A stretch of DNA of 64,000 nt. It comes from an uncultured delta proteobacterium (GTDB taxonomy: Bacteria; Myxococcota; Myxococcia; Myxococcales; Myxococcaceae). The notes beneath the pieces were generated by a model. The model worked only from the letters and a program-made list of their open reading frames with translations. It was not told where the DNA came from and made no database searches. The stretch lies in the NCBI GenBank assembly GCA_963713045.1, contig CAVQKE010000003.1, positions 1,024,001 through 1,088,000 on the forward strand. Direction: 5' to 3'. Below are positions 28,611 to 37,786 of this stretch, piece by piece; the first letter of the stretch is position 1; each line of letters begins with the position of its first letter. The position numbers and the translations under genes were made by a program.

Positions 28611-30302
28611 ATGTCGGCCCGACCGAACGTTACCGTGCCGCTCTCGGGCGAAGAAAGCCAGCTGGTTCACGAGGCAGCCGAAGCCTTGGCCGTCCCGCCT
28701 GAGAAGCTTCTTGCCGCGGCGGCGGTGGCATTCGCTCGGCTATGCGGGTTCCGCAACACTGCCACCGCCTCGGCGCGTCGCGCACCCAATTGGGGGCCAC
28801 AGCCGGTCCCCGAAATCCCCGAGGCCATCCTCGAAGTCCCGCTGAACCCGGAATCTGCAGACCAAGTGGAAGCCGCCGCCGGGTACGTCCGGTGGGAGGG
28901 ACCGGACGGACCACTGCCCATCACCTTGTCCGAATATGTCGTCGGCGCGACGACCCGCCTCATCCGCGAGACGCGCAGCGAGGGTCCGCCACCCAGCTAC
29001 CGGGGCCTGGCGGAGCAGCTGTTTAACCTCGCCCCGCGGCCGCGCGGCGAGTCCGCCTTCCGGGCCTCGTTGGGCGGACCCACCACCTCCGCCGCAGAGA
29101 TACCCCTCCCCTTCGAGGCGCCAGCGGCCCCGATTCCGGTTCCCATCGAAGCGACGGCTCAAACCGTCGTGTCAGCCCCGAGACCGTCGCCACCTGTCGC
29201 CCCGCCGGTGACAAACCGGCCGGCGTACACGCTGCCCCGACCTGAGCGAACGGAACGCCCTGAGCGCCCTGAGCGCCCCAGCTACACCCTTCCGCGACGC
29301 GCACCCGCAGAGCGGGAGGCAGGGGACGTCGGCACGCGCAGGGAACGGGCCAGGGGTGGCGCGGCTTCGGCGGAGAAGGCGAGCCCCCGCGGTAGCGCGT
29401 TGCGTGGAAAGCCGACCGAGGCACGGACGCCGGCTCCAGTTGCGAAAGGCGCCGCCGAGCCGATGGTGTGGCTTCGCCAACATCCGCTCGTCGTGGGAGC
29501 GACGGCCGCCGGCGCGCTGCTGCTGGTTCTCTTGGCACTGGCCTATTCGTGGGCCACCGCGCCGCCCACGGCCCACCGGTCCGCTCCGAACTCGGCCGGA
29601 ACTCCCACCAGCCGTGCCATGGCCCCGCCGGCGCGGGCCGTTGACCCCCTGCGGCTGGACCCTCCGCCCAAAGACGGCGAGACCGCCGAACTGGCGCTCA
29701 AGCGCTGGGAAGACGTCGCCCCCGCTGGACCGGAGGTTCCGGCGACGCCCTTTCGGCGAAGCAAAAACCACGGAAAGAACATCGATGAGCTACTGAACGA
29801 GCGCTACGGACGCCCCAAGGTGTTGGCCGACGCCTCACTCAAACCAGAGGCCTACGACGCCGACATCGCCGAGGCGGTCGCAGACGTGGTGCACATCTAC
29901 CCCGTGCCACCAGCGCTGGTGAAAGCGGTCATCCGCCGGGAGTCCAACTTCAATCCCAATGCCGTGTCTCAGGTCGGGGCCATCGGCATGATGCAGCTCA
30001 TGCCCTACACAGCGAAGAAGGTCGGTCTTCAAGTTTCCGACCTCTGGGTGCCAAAGAAGAACATTCTCGGAGGGACCCGCCTTCTCTCGGCGTTGCTCCA
30101 GTATTACGAGGGAGACGTCATCAGCGTTCTGACGGCGTACAATGCCCGGCCCCGTGAGCCGCTGGCTCCGCTGCCGAAGAATGGGGAGACGCCGGAGTAC
30201 GTGGCAGCCGTCTTGCGCTTCTACGAGGAGTACACCGGCTCGCCCCTGCAGGAGCCTTCCCAAAGAAATCCGACCGATGCGCCTCTTCGGCCGGGGCCAT
30301 AG
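28611..30302 (+). CDS. Membrane-anchored lytic transglycosylase (SLT domain) with a long cytoplasmic N-terminus
   Basis: C-terminal AVIRRESNFNPNAVS, GAIGMMQLMP, AYNA, ETPEYV motifs. One TM (LVVGATAAGALLLVLLALAYSW). GGAGGAG RBS region. Confidence 0.9.
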   Translation: MSARPNVTVPLSGEESQLVHEAAEALAVPPEKLLAAAAVAFARLCGFRNTATASARRAPNWGPQPVPEIPEAILEVPLNPESADQVEAAAGYVRWEGPDGPLPITLSEYVVGATTRLIRETRSEGPPPSYRGLAEQLFNLAPRPRGESAFRASLGGPTTSAAEIPLPFEAPAAPIPVPIEATAQTVVSAPRPSPPVAPPVTNRPAYTLPRPERTERPERPERPSYTLPRRAPAEREAGDVGTRRERARGGAASAEKASPRGSALRGKPTEARTPAPVAKGAAEPMVWLRQHPLVVGATAAGALLLVLLALAYSWATAPPTAHRSAPNSAGTPTSRAMAPPARAVDPLRLDPPPKDGETAELALKRWEDVAPAGPEVPATPFRRSKNHGKNIDELLNERYGRPKVLADASLKPEAYDADIAEAVADVVHIYPVPPALVKAVIRRESNFNPNAVSQVGAIGMMQLMPYTAKKVGLQVSDLWVPKKNILGGTRLLSALLQYYEGDVISVLTAYNARPREPLAPLPKNGETPEYVAAVLRFYEEYTGSPLQEPSQRNPTDAPLRPGP

Positions 30303-30377
30303 CGGCCGGGCCGTCGCCACTTTGGTTGAGGGCCATCTCGCGCTGGAGTGAGGAAGGCGCGCCGTCGAAGCCCTTCG

Positions 30378-30590
30378 TTACGGAGTGAGCCGCTGGTCCG
30401 GAGCCACCGGGTTGTACGTCGGGGGGCTGCACTGGCACACCTTGCAACCCCGGCTCGAGTCGAAGGAGCACTGCGGTGCGGACATGCAGTGCAGCGAGGC
30501 GGACTCAGGACACAGACCCCCTCCCTCTTGATTCGAGACGGAGGCGCAGCTGGACGCGGCCAACGTGAGGAGAAGGAGGAGAACGCGCAC
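30378..30590 (-). CDS. Small Cys-rich lipoprotein
   Basis: 70 aa; signal MRVLLLLLTLAASSC; six further Cys ending DSSRGCKVCQC. GTG start abuts the PBP1A stop. Confidence 0.75.
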   Translation of the reverse strand: MRVLLLLLTLAASSCASVSNQEGGGLCPESASLHCMSAPQCSFDSSRGCKVCQCSPPTYNPVAPDQRLTP

Positions 30591-33221
30591 TTAGTTGGGG
30601 ACCTGCATGAATTGGTTGGGGTCCACAACCTTCTTGTCTGGCGTGGTTTCTTCCGGGGCGGTTCCCTTCTTGAACCACATCATCGCGGCCGTCTTGCTCG
30701 AGGGAGCCGCCAGCTTACCGGTGCGGGTGTCCACCAACTTCTTCTCCAACTCGAGTGACTCGGGGGGGCTGAATTCCGGCTCCGGCCGCCCCTCCACGGC
30801 GCGCTGCATGTAGCTCACCCAAATGGGCAGCGCTGCGCGCCCTCCCGTCTCGTAGCGCGACAGGGGATGCGGGTTCAGGTCGTACCCCACCCACGCCAGG
30901 CCGACCAAGTCATGCGTGAAGCCGACAAACCAGGCATCGAAGGAGTCATTGGTGGTGCCCGTCTTGCCCGCGGCCGGCTTGCCCAGCCGCTGAGCCGGAG
31001 CACCGGTCCCCTCCCGCACCACCCCGCGCAGCAAGTCCGTCAAGATGTACGCCGTCTCGCGCGTCATCACCTGCTCACCAGGCTCGTACAGACGTGCGTA
31101 GCCCGCGGCCATGCGTTCGGTGAGGCTCGCCCAGGGGTCGTCGTAGGCGGTGTGGTCCTCGAGCGTCCTTCCATAGCGGTCCTCGACGCGGCGGATGAAG
31201 TAGGTGGGCCGCTTGTTCCCCAGCCGGGCAAATGTTGCGTACACCTGGGCCAGTTCCCACGGGTAGACGCAGGAACTCCCCAGCGCGGCGGAAAAGTCGC
31301 GGTTCATCGGCGTCGAGAGGCCAAGCTTCTTGGCCCAAGCAGCCATCGGGTCGATACCGACGGCGACGAAGGTTTTCACCGCCGGAATATTCATCGAGTT
31401 GATGACCGCGGTGCGCAACAGCACATCGCCGTGGAAGTCCTCGGTGTAATTCTCCGGCTTCCAGCGGACTTGGTGTTCCGGGTCGTTCTCGACAATCGGG
31501 CTGTCGACGATGACTTGGGCCTCCGTCCAGTCGAGCTGCTCGATGGCGGCCGAGTACACCACTGGCTTGAAGCTGCTGCCTGGCTGGCGGCAGGCCTGAA
31601 AGGCGCGGTTGTACTCATTGGCATCGAAGTCGTACCCACCCACCATCGCCACCAGGTATTGGCGCCAGGGGTCGATGGAGACCAGGGCCCCTTGGAGCTC
31701 TGGCTCCTGCTCCAAACGGAAATAGAGACCCCCGTCGGGGAGCTTATCGGCCAGCGTCTTGTCGTATTGCTCCTTGTCGTCCCAGAGTTCCTTCTTCTTC
31801 ACCGCCCGCACCACCACCACGTCTCCAGGCTTGAGCACCCGCTTGAGCGAATTCATCATCGCGCCCGGGTAGTAGGCCTCCGGATTCACCTTGCGCGCCC
31901 AGCGCATGCCGAGCAGCGGCAACTGGCCCTGGTGGGGGCCCACTTGCACCGTGGCCGCGGTGCCATCGGCGTTGACCGCCGTCACCAGCCCCACGTAGTA
32001 GGTCGACTCGGCGAGGGGCGCGCCACCCAGGGCCGCCGTGCCGCGGGCGAGAAAGGCACGGCGCTGCTCCGGACCCTCCAAGCTGGCCAAGGGCCCGCGA
32101 AACCCCTGGCGTTTGTCGACCGCCAAGAGACCACTCAGCATGGCGTCCTGCGCCGCCCGCTGTCGCTCCGAGTCCATGGTGGTAAAAACTTTGAGGCCGC
32201 CAGTGAGGAGCGCGGGGTTGCCGTAGCGGCTCACCACGTCCTTGCGCACCTGCTCGACGAAGTACGGCGCGAATTCGTGAAACACGTCCTCCACCGGGTA
32301 AACGTGGACGGGTTCTCGGCCTGCCGACTCCTGTTCCTCTCGCGAAATCATCCCCTCCTCGCGCATCCGGCGCAGCACGTAGCCCCGGCGCTCGCTGGCT
32401 GCTTTGGGATTCATGAAGGGCGAGTAGCGACTCGGGGCTTGGGGAAGGCCGGCGATGAGGGCCATCTCGGCAAGGGACAAGTCCCGGACGTCTTTGCGAA
32501 AGTAGTTCTCCGCGGCGGCTTGGACGCCGTAGGCGTGATGCCCGAGGTAGACGTTGTTCAGGTAGAGGTAGAGAATTTCCTCCTTGCTGAGCGCGGACTC
32601 CAGCCGCCGGGCGAGGATGGCCTCGCGGATTTTTCGGACCAACCCCTCCTGGCCTCTCCGCCGCGTCCCCCGCTCGAACCCCTCCTCGGACACCAGCAGT
32701 GCCTTGGCCGTCTGCTGGGTAAGGGTCGAACCCCCCTGGACGCCACCCGAGCCGGACGTCTTGTGGAGAATGGTTTTGAAGGCGGCGCGGGCTGTACCCA
32801 GCGGGTCAAGGCCAAAGTGGTCGAAGAAGGCTGCGTCCTCCGAGGCGATGAAGGCCTGGACGAGCCGCTTCGGAATTCTCTCATACGGCACCACCTTGCG
32901 GCGTTCCGCGTAAAACTCGCCGGCCAGCACTTGGTCGTCGGTAAAGACCTCGGTCAGCACCGGCGGGGCGTAGTCCGACACCCTGGGGATGTCAGGAAGC
33001 CCTTGCGAGAACCGGTAGTAGAGGACGGCCGTCGCCCCGAAGGCTGCGGTGAGACCGGTGAGGGCGAGGAAGGCGGCCAGCTTACTGAGCGGGATGAGGA
33101 TGCGGCCCCAGCGCCCGCGGGGCTTGCGCGGCGACTCCACCAGCACCAGGCGGGTGGGCACCGTCGGCTCCGGCGGTGCGGGCTCAGATGGGGTCGTGTC
33201 GGGCGGCGAAGTGTCGCGCAT
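30591..33221 (-). CDS. mrcA: Penicillin-binding protein 1A (transglycosylase/transpeptidase)
   Basis: EDAAFFDHFG, GGSTLTQQ, RKIRE, YLNNVYLG; SxxK (GSSFK), SMN, KTGT; OB insertion. Confidence 0.95.
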   Translation of the reverse strand: MRDTSPPDTTPSEPAPPEPTVPTRLVLVESPRKPRGRWGRILIPLSKLAAFLALTGLTAAFGATAVLYYRFSQGLPDIPRVSDYAPPVLTEVFTDDQVLAGEFYAERRKVVPYERIPKRLVQAFIASEDAAFFDHFGLDPLGTARAAFKTILHKTSGSGGVQGGSTLTQQTAKALLVSEEGFERGTRRRGQEGLVRKIREAILARRLESALSKEEILYLYLNNVYLGHHAYGVQAAAENYFRKDVRDLSLAEMALIAGLPQAPSRYSPFMNPKAASERRGYVLRRMREEGMISREEQESAGREPVHVYPVEDVFHEFAPYFVEQVRKDVVSRYGNPALLTGGLKVFTTMDSERQRAAQDAMLSGLLAVDKRQGFRGPLASLEGPEQRRAFLARGTAALGGAPLAESTYYVGLVTAVNADGTAATVQVGPHQGQLPLLGMRWARKVNPEAYYPGAMMNSLKRVLKPGDVVVVRAVKKKELWDDKEQYDKTLADKLPDGGLYFRLEQEPELQGALVSIDPWRQYLVAMVGGYDFDANEYNRAFQACRQPGSSFKPVVYSAAIEQLDWTEAQVIVDSPIVENDPEHQVRWKPENYTEDFHGDVLLRTAVINSMNIPAVKTFVAVGIDPMAAWAKKLGLSTPMNRDFSAALGSSCVYPWELAQVYATFARLGNKRPTYFIRRVEDRYGRTLEDHTAYDDPWASLTERMAAGYARLYEPGEQVMTRETAYILTDLLRGVVREGTGAPAQRLGKPAAGKTGTTNDSFDAWFVGFTHDLVGLAWVGYDLNPHPLSRYETGGRAALPIWVSYMQRAVEGRPEPEFSPPESLELEKKLVDTRTGKLAAPSSKTAAMMWFKKGTAPEETTPDKKVVDPNQFMQVPN

Positions 33222-33241
33222 CAGCAGGGCCTCACTAAACC

Positions 33242-34198
33242 TTACCCCGAGGTTGCAGGCATGCCAGCCCTCGCGAGCACGTCGCGCAGCTCGGGGGGCA
33301 AGGGGGCCTCGAGACGAATGGTGCGTCCGGTTTCGGGATGGGGAAACTGAAGGCTGCCAGCGTGGAGGAAGAGGCGCTTCAAACCCCAGCGCGCCTTGGC
33401 CTCGCGGTTGAAAGCGAAGTCCCCGTACTTCCGGTCGCCCGCCACGGGGTGGCCGAGCGAGGCGAGGTGCCTGCGAATTTGATGGGTACGGCCGGTTTCG
33501 ATGGTGCAGGCCAACAGTGCGGCGTCGCCCCCCTGGTGGACCACCTGCCAGAGCGTCACCGCCTCTTGGAGATTGACGCCTCGACGCGCCTTGGACGCCG
33601 CCGTCTGCTGGTGCTCGGACAGCGGCAAGTCGATGCGGCCCGAGGCCCGCGGCATCCGGCCCTTCACCAGCACCAGGTAGCGCTTGGTGGCCTGCCCTTC
33701 AGTGAAAACCTCGGTGAAGTGCACCATCGCCGGCCGACGGATGGCGACCAGGATGACGCCAGAGGTGTCCCGGTCCAAGCGATGGGCTGGACTGGCGGCG
33801 AAGCCATTGCGCACGGCGCGAGGACCGAGGTAAGCGCGGACGTAGTCGACCAGCGTTCCGCCCGTCACCCCACTCCCGGTGTGGACCGCCATCCCCGAGG
33901 GCTTGTCCACCGCCATCATCCACTCATCCTCGAAGATGACTTTCAGTCGGGAGGGGTCCAGGTGAGAACGCTCGGCCGGCGGGGCAGCGCCGAGGAGGCG
34001 CTCCTCGGTGCCCCGGATGCTCACCACGTCGTCCAGTGCCAGCGCCTGGTCGACCGAAGCCCGCTTGCCGTTCACGCGCACCTTCTTGGTGCGAATCATC
34101 TTGAAGAGGTGGCTGGCCGGCACGGCAGGGAGTCGCTGGCGGAGGACCTTGTCGAGCCGCACCCCCGCGTGGTCGCTGTCGATGCGAAACTCGATCAT
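33242..34198 (-). CDS. RluA family 23S rRNA pseudouridine synthase (RluC-like)
   Basis: N-terminal S4 domain (RLDK), KPSG, HRLDRDTSG, TGRTHQIRRHL, GDRKYG, LFLHA. Confidence 0.95.
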   Translation of the reverse strand: MIEFRIDSDHAGVRLDKVLRQRLPAVPASHLFKMIRTKKVRVNGKRASVDQALALDDVVSIRGTEERLLGAAPPAERSHLDPSRLKVIFEDEWMMAVDKPSGMAVHTGSGVTGGTLVDYVRAYLGPRAVRNGFAASPAHRLDRDTSGVILVAIRRPAMVHFTEVFTEGQATKRYLVLVKGRMPRASGRIDLPLSEHQQTAASKARRGVNLQEAVTLWQVVHQGGDAALLACTIETGRTHQIRRHLASLGHPVAGDRKYGDFAFNREAKARWGLKRLFLHAGSLQFPHPETGRTIRLEAPLPPELRDVLARAGMPATSG

Positions 34199-34241
34199 TT
34201 AGAGCGCGATGATGGAACCACACCGCTAAACTGTTGTGTAT

Positions 34242-35681
34242 ATGCCGAAGGCCATGACCATCGAAGACCTCCTCCGAAACGGCTCCACGGAGTGGAACAA
34301 ACTGCGGAAGAGCGGGAAGGTAGGCACCGACCACACCGGGGCCACCTTCGAGAACCTCTTCTCTGCCAATGCCGACCTTTCCGGCCTAGTGCTGGTGGGC
34401 TCGGAGTGGGACCGCTGCGACCTCTCCAAAGTCACTTTTCGGGAGTCGGACCTCTCGGGTGCCTACTTCCACGGAGGGCGCCTCCAGGATTGTGACTTCC
34501 GCGGGGCAAACCTCGAAGGCGCCACCTTCGAGCGACTGAAGCTGTTGCGCTGCGACTTCGCCGGCGCCCTCGGGCTCGACGCCCTGGAGTTCGAAGAGGT
34601 GGACATGGACCGGGTGGTGGGACTGGATGGTGAGGAAGCCCCTCCCCCCCCACCCCCGCCAGCGCAAGGGATTACGTCCTTCACTCGGGAGCAGCGACAG
34701 GCCACCGAGCTGAGCCTCTCCGGGGCAGACGAGATGCCTCCGTTTTCCCCTCAGGACCCACCGGGAACCCTGCTCTTCCGGGGGCTCAAGCGGCTGGGTG
34801 GCCCCTTGCCCTGGGTACTGGACACGCCGGGCCTCCGCCCCCCGCTCCCCACGCGACTGCTTCCAGGGACGGGGCTCGAGGCGCTCTTGCGCGAGGCGGT
34901 GAAGACGCGTCTCGAAGGAAGCCGGCCCATTACCGACCCCGACGGGGTGACCCGGGCCCAGGCGGCGCTTCGGCTGGGAAGTAAGGACGCCGCCTTCGGG
35001 GTGATGTATCTGCGCGAAGTTGGCGTCGAGCCCCTCTTCCGCTTTTCGGCGTCGGCCGTCCTCAAAGGCGCCCTCAAGGCCGACCTCGAGGCGGATGACC
35101 TGACCGGGCCGGTGGACCCGCGGGTGGCCGGGGCCCTGTGGGAGCTCCGCCTGCCGCGGGAACTCGACGAAGCCTTCGGCGAGGTGCGGCGCCGCCTGGC
35201 GGCCACCCAGCTCTTCTCGGCCCTGCTCGAGGCCGGCTTCACACCGGACAACAACTGGGAGGAGGCGGTGGACGCCTCCGAGGCGGCGCTCGACCTGGTG
35301 GCGCTCAGCGTCGGCGACCGCCGGGACCTGTTGACCGAGGCCTTTTCCGCCTTCGCCGGCCTGCCCGAGGAGGCGCGGCTACGACGGTTGGCCTACCTGG
35401 CTGAGGCGGCGACCCACTTGGAGCAGTTGAGCAGGCTTCCGCCCGGCACCGAGCCGGCCTGGCTGCAGGGTGCGGAGTTCCGGGAGTGCCATGACCGCGA
35501 GATGCTGACCCTGGAGACACTGCACGCCGAGGACGTGCCGACGCGCGTCCCCGAGCTGGCCCAGGCGGAGCTGGGGGTGACACCGGGAACGGTGCCTGAG
35601 GACAGCGAGGGCGACCTCTTCATCCACCTCCGCTGCGCCGTCTGCGGCAAGGAAAAGCTCATCGTCCAGTCGCCTGACTGA
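34242..35681 (+). CDS. Pentapeptide-repeat protein with an uncharacterised C-terminal region
   Basis: EWNKLR followed by ADLSG/CDLSK/SDLSG/ANLEG repeats, a poly-Pro linker, a helical region and a terminal CxxC (RCAVCG). Confidence 0.85.
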   Translation: MPKAMTIEDLLRNGSTEWNKLRKSGKVGTDHTGATFENLFSANADLSGLVLVGSEWDRCDLSKVTFRESDLSGAYFHGGRLQDCDFRGANLEGATFERLKLLRCDFAGALGLDALEFEEVDMDRVVGLDGEEAPPPPPPPAQGITSFTREQRQATELSLSGADEMPPFSPQDPPGTLLFRGLKRLGGPLPWVLDTPGLRPPLPTRLLPGTGLEALLREAVKTRLEGSRPITDPDGVTRAQAALRLGSKDAAFGVMYLREVGVEPLFRFSASAVLKGALKADLEADDLTGPVDPRVAGALWELRLPRELDEAFGEVRRRLAATQLFSALLEAGFTPDNNWEEAVDASEAALDLVALSVGDRRDLLTEAFSAFAGLPEEARLRRLAYLAEAATHLEQLSRLPPGTEPAWLQGAEFRECHDREMLTLETLHAEDVPTRVPELAQAELGVTPGTVPEDSEGDLFIHLRCAVCGKEKLIVQSPD

Positions 35682-35700
35682 GGTCCCCGGGGCACAGCCG

Positions 35701-37752
35701 ATGGCACGACAACTCCTCCTTCTGGTGTCCCTTGCCGGCGCCTCGGCCGCGGCGGCTAACCCACCAGCCGACCGACCGCTGGCGCAGTTGCCGTACACAC
35801 CGAGCCTGGACACCTCGGCCATGGACCGCTCGGCAAACCCTTGCGTCGACTTCTACGCCTACAGCTGCGGCGGCTGGCAGAAGAATAACCCCATTCCCGC
35901 TGACCAAGAGGGCTGGAGCGTCTACGGCAAGCTCCAAGTCGACACGCTTCGCTTCCTGTGGGGAATCCTCGAGGATGCGGCCAAACCGGAGCCAACTCGG
36001 GACGCAGTGACGCGAGAAGTGGGCGACTTCTTCGCAGCCTGCATGGATGAGGCCAGGGTGGAGAAGCTTGGCGAGCGGCCATTGACGCCAGACTTGGAGG
36101 CCATCTCCGCACTGAGAGATTTGACTGGCCTCAGTCGCTGGCTCGGTGCACAACACCGGATAGACAGCGGGCGTCTCTTCTTCGGCATCAGCTCGGAACA
36201 AGACGCCTCCGACGCCACTCGTGTCATCGCCGTCGTCGCCGCTGGTGGACTTGGGCTTCCTGACCGGGACTACTACCTCAAGATGGATGCGCGCTCGAAG
36301 GCCATCCGCGAGCGGTACCTGCGGCACGTGGCAAGAATGCTCGAGCTATCGGGCCAGGCACCCGGAGAAGCGGCGGACGACGCCAAGACAATTCTCGGGC
36401 TCGAGACGGAGCTGGCGAAGGCTTCGCTTACCCGGGTCGAGCGGCGAGACCCGTACAAAGTGTTTCACAAGATGTCCATCGCGAAACTGAAAGCGCTGGC
36501 TCCGGCCATCGACTGGGACGGGTACCTCAGCGCCCTGGGAGCGGAGAACCTCTCGGAGCTCAACGTCAGCCAGCCGAAATTCTTCAGCGCTTTGAGTGCC
36601 TTGCTCCAGCACCGGACGTTCGCGGACTGGAAAGCCTATGCCCGCTGGCACGTGGTCTCGAGTCGGGCCGAGCTGCTCTCGTCTGCATTTGTGAATGAGG
36701 ACTTCGACTTCTACCGAAAGTATTTGAGAGGAGTCGAGGCACTGCCGCCGCGGTGGAAGCGCTGCGTTGTCGGTGTCGATGGGTACCTCGGGGAGGCACT
36801 GGGGCAGCTCTACGTTCAGCGAGCCTTCAGCGCAGAGGTGAAGGCGCAAGCGTCCAAAATGGTGGTCGCCATCCAAAAGGAAATGGAACTGGACCTCCAG
36901 ACGCTGCCTTGGATGAGCGAGTCGACACGCGTCAAGGCCTTGGAAAAGTTGCACGCCATGGCGAACAAAGTCGGCTACCCAGACAAGTGGCGCGATTACT
37001 CGTCCATCGTCATTACCCGGGAGGACTTCTACGGTGACGTCGTGCGCGCCTCCAGCTTCGAGACGAAGCGCGTGCTGGGCAAAATCGGCAAACCGGTGGA
37101 CCGCAATGAGTGGGACATGACGCCGGTGACCGTCAACGCCTACTACAACCCACAGCTCAACGACATGAACTTCCCAGCGGCCGTGCTGCAGCCACCGCTT
37201 TACGACGTCAAACTGGATGACGCCCCGAATTACGGGAACACCGGCGGCACCATCGGTCACGAGCTCACCCACGGCTTCGACGACGAAGGCCGGCAGTTCG
37301 ATGCCCATGGCAATCTCAAGGATTGGTGGACGAAAAAGGATGAAAAGGAGTTTCTCAGCCGGGCTCGGTGCGTGTCCGACGAATACTCCTCCTATGTGGT
37401 GGTGGATGACGTCCACATCAACGGAAAGCTGACGCTCGGCGAGGACGTCGCTGACCTCGGAGGAACGTTGCTGGCCTATCGCGCCTGGAAGCGGGCCACC
37501 GTCGGCTCCGGACTTCAGCCTCGCGACGGACTCACCCCCGAGCAGCGTTTCTTCGTTGGTTACGCTCAGTGGGTGTGCTCGAACCAGCGGCCCGAAGACC
37601 AGCGCCTTCGCGCCATCACCGACGAACACTCTCCGCCCATCTGGCGCGTCAACGGGGTGATGGTCAACATTCCGGAGTTTGCTGCGGCCTTTGCCTGCAA
37701 GCCCGGACAGCCGATGGCCAAACCCTCGGACAAGGTGTGCAAAATTTGGTGA
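35701..37752 (+). CDS. M13 family (neprilysin/endothelin-converting enzyme-like) metalloendopeptidase
   Basis: Signal peptide; PCVDFYAYSCGGW, VNAYY, GHELTHGFDDEG, GEDVAD, HSP..RVNG. Confidence 0.96.
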   Translation: MARQLLLLVSLAGASAAAANPPADRPLAQLPYTPSLDTSAMDRSANPCVDFYAYSCGGWQKNNPIPADQEGWSVYGKLQVDTLRFLWGILEDAAKPEPTRDAVTREVGDFFAACMDEARVEKLGERPLTPDLEAISALRDLTGLSRWLGAQHRIDSGRLFFGISSEQDASDATRVIAVVAAGGLGLPDRDYYLKMDARSKAIRERYLRHVARMLELSGQAPGEAADDAKTILGLETELAKASLTRVERRDPYKVFHKMSIAKLKALAPAIDWDGYLSALGAENLSELNVSQPKFFSALSALLQHRTFADWKAYARWHVVSSRAELLSSAFVNEDFDFYRKYLRGVEALPPRWKRCVVGVDGYLGEALGQLYVQRAFSAEVKAQASKMVVAIQKEMELDLQTLPWMSESTRVKALEKLHAMANKVGYPDKWRDYSSIVITREDFYGDVVRASSFETKRVLGKIGKPVDRNEWDMTPVTVNAYYNPQLNDMNFPAAVLQPPLYDVKLDDAPNYGNTGGTIGHELTHGFDDEGRQFDAHGNLKDWWTKKDEKEFLSRARCVSDEYSSYVVVDDVHINGKLTLGEDVADLGGTLLAYRAWKRATVGSGLQPRDGLTPEQRFFVGYAQWVCSNQRPEDQRLRAITDEHSPPIWRVNGVMVNIPEFAAAFACKPGQPMAKPSDKVCKIW

Positions 37753-37786
37753 GGCTTCCCCCCTCGGCTGCGGGCGCTCCCCGCCT

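Noticed and set aside
29220..29300. Short tandem DNA repeats (cctgagcg) as a CRISPR or VNTR
   Set aside because: They are just coding ERP repeats within a disordered linker; no repeat-spacer structure.
30867..33350. 827-aa plus-strand ORF
   Set aside because: Antisense shadow of PBP1A, typical of high-GC codon bias; no recognisable motifs. The same applies to most overlapping ORFs in the track (e.g. 20866-22422, 10587-11957, 54784-56265).
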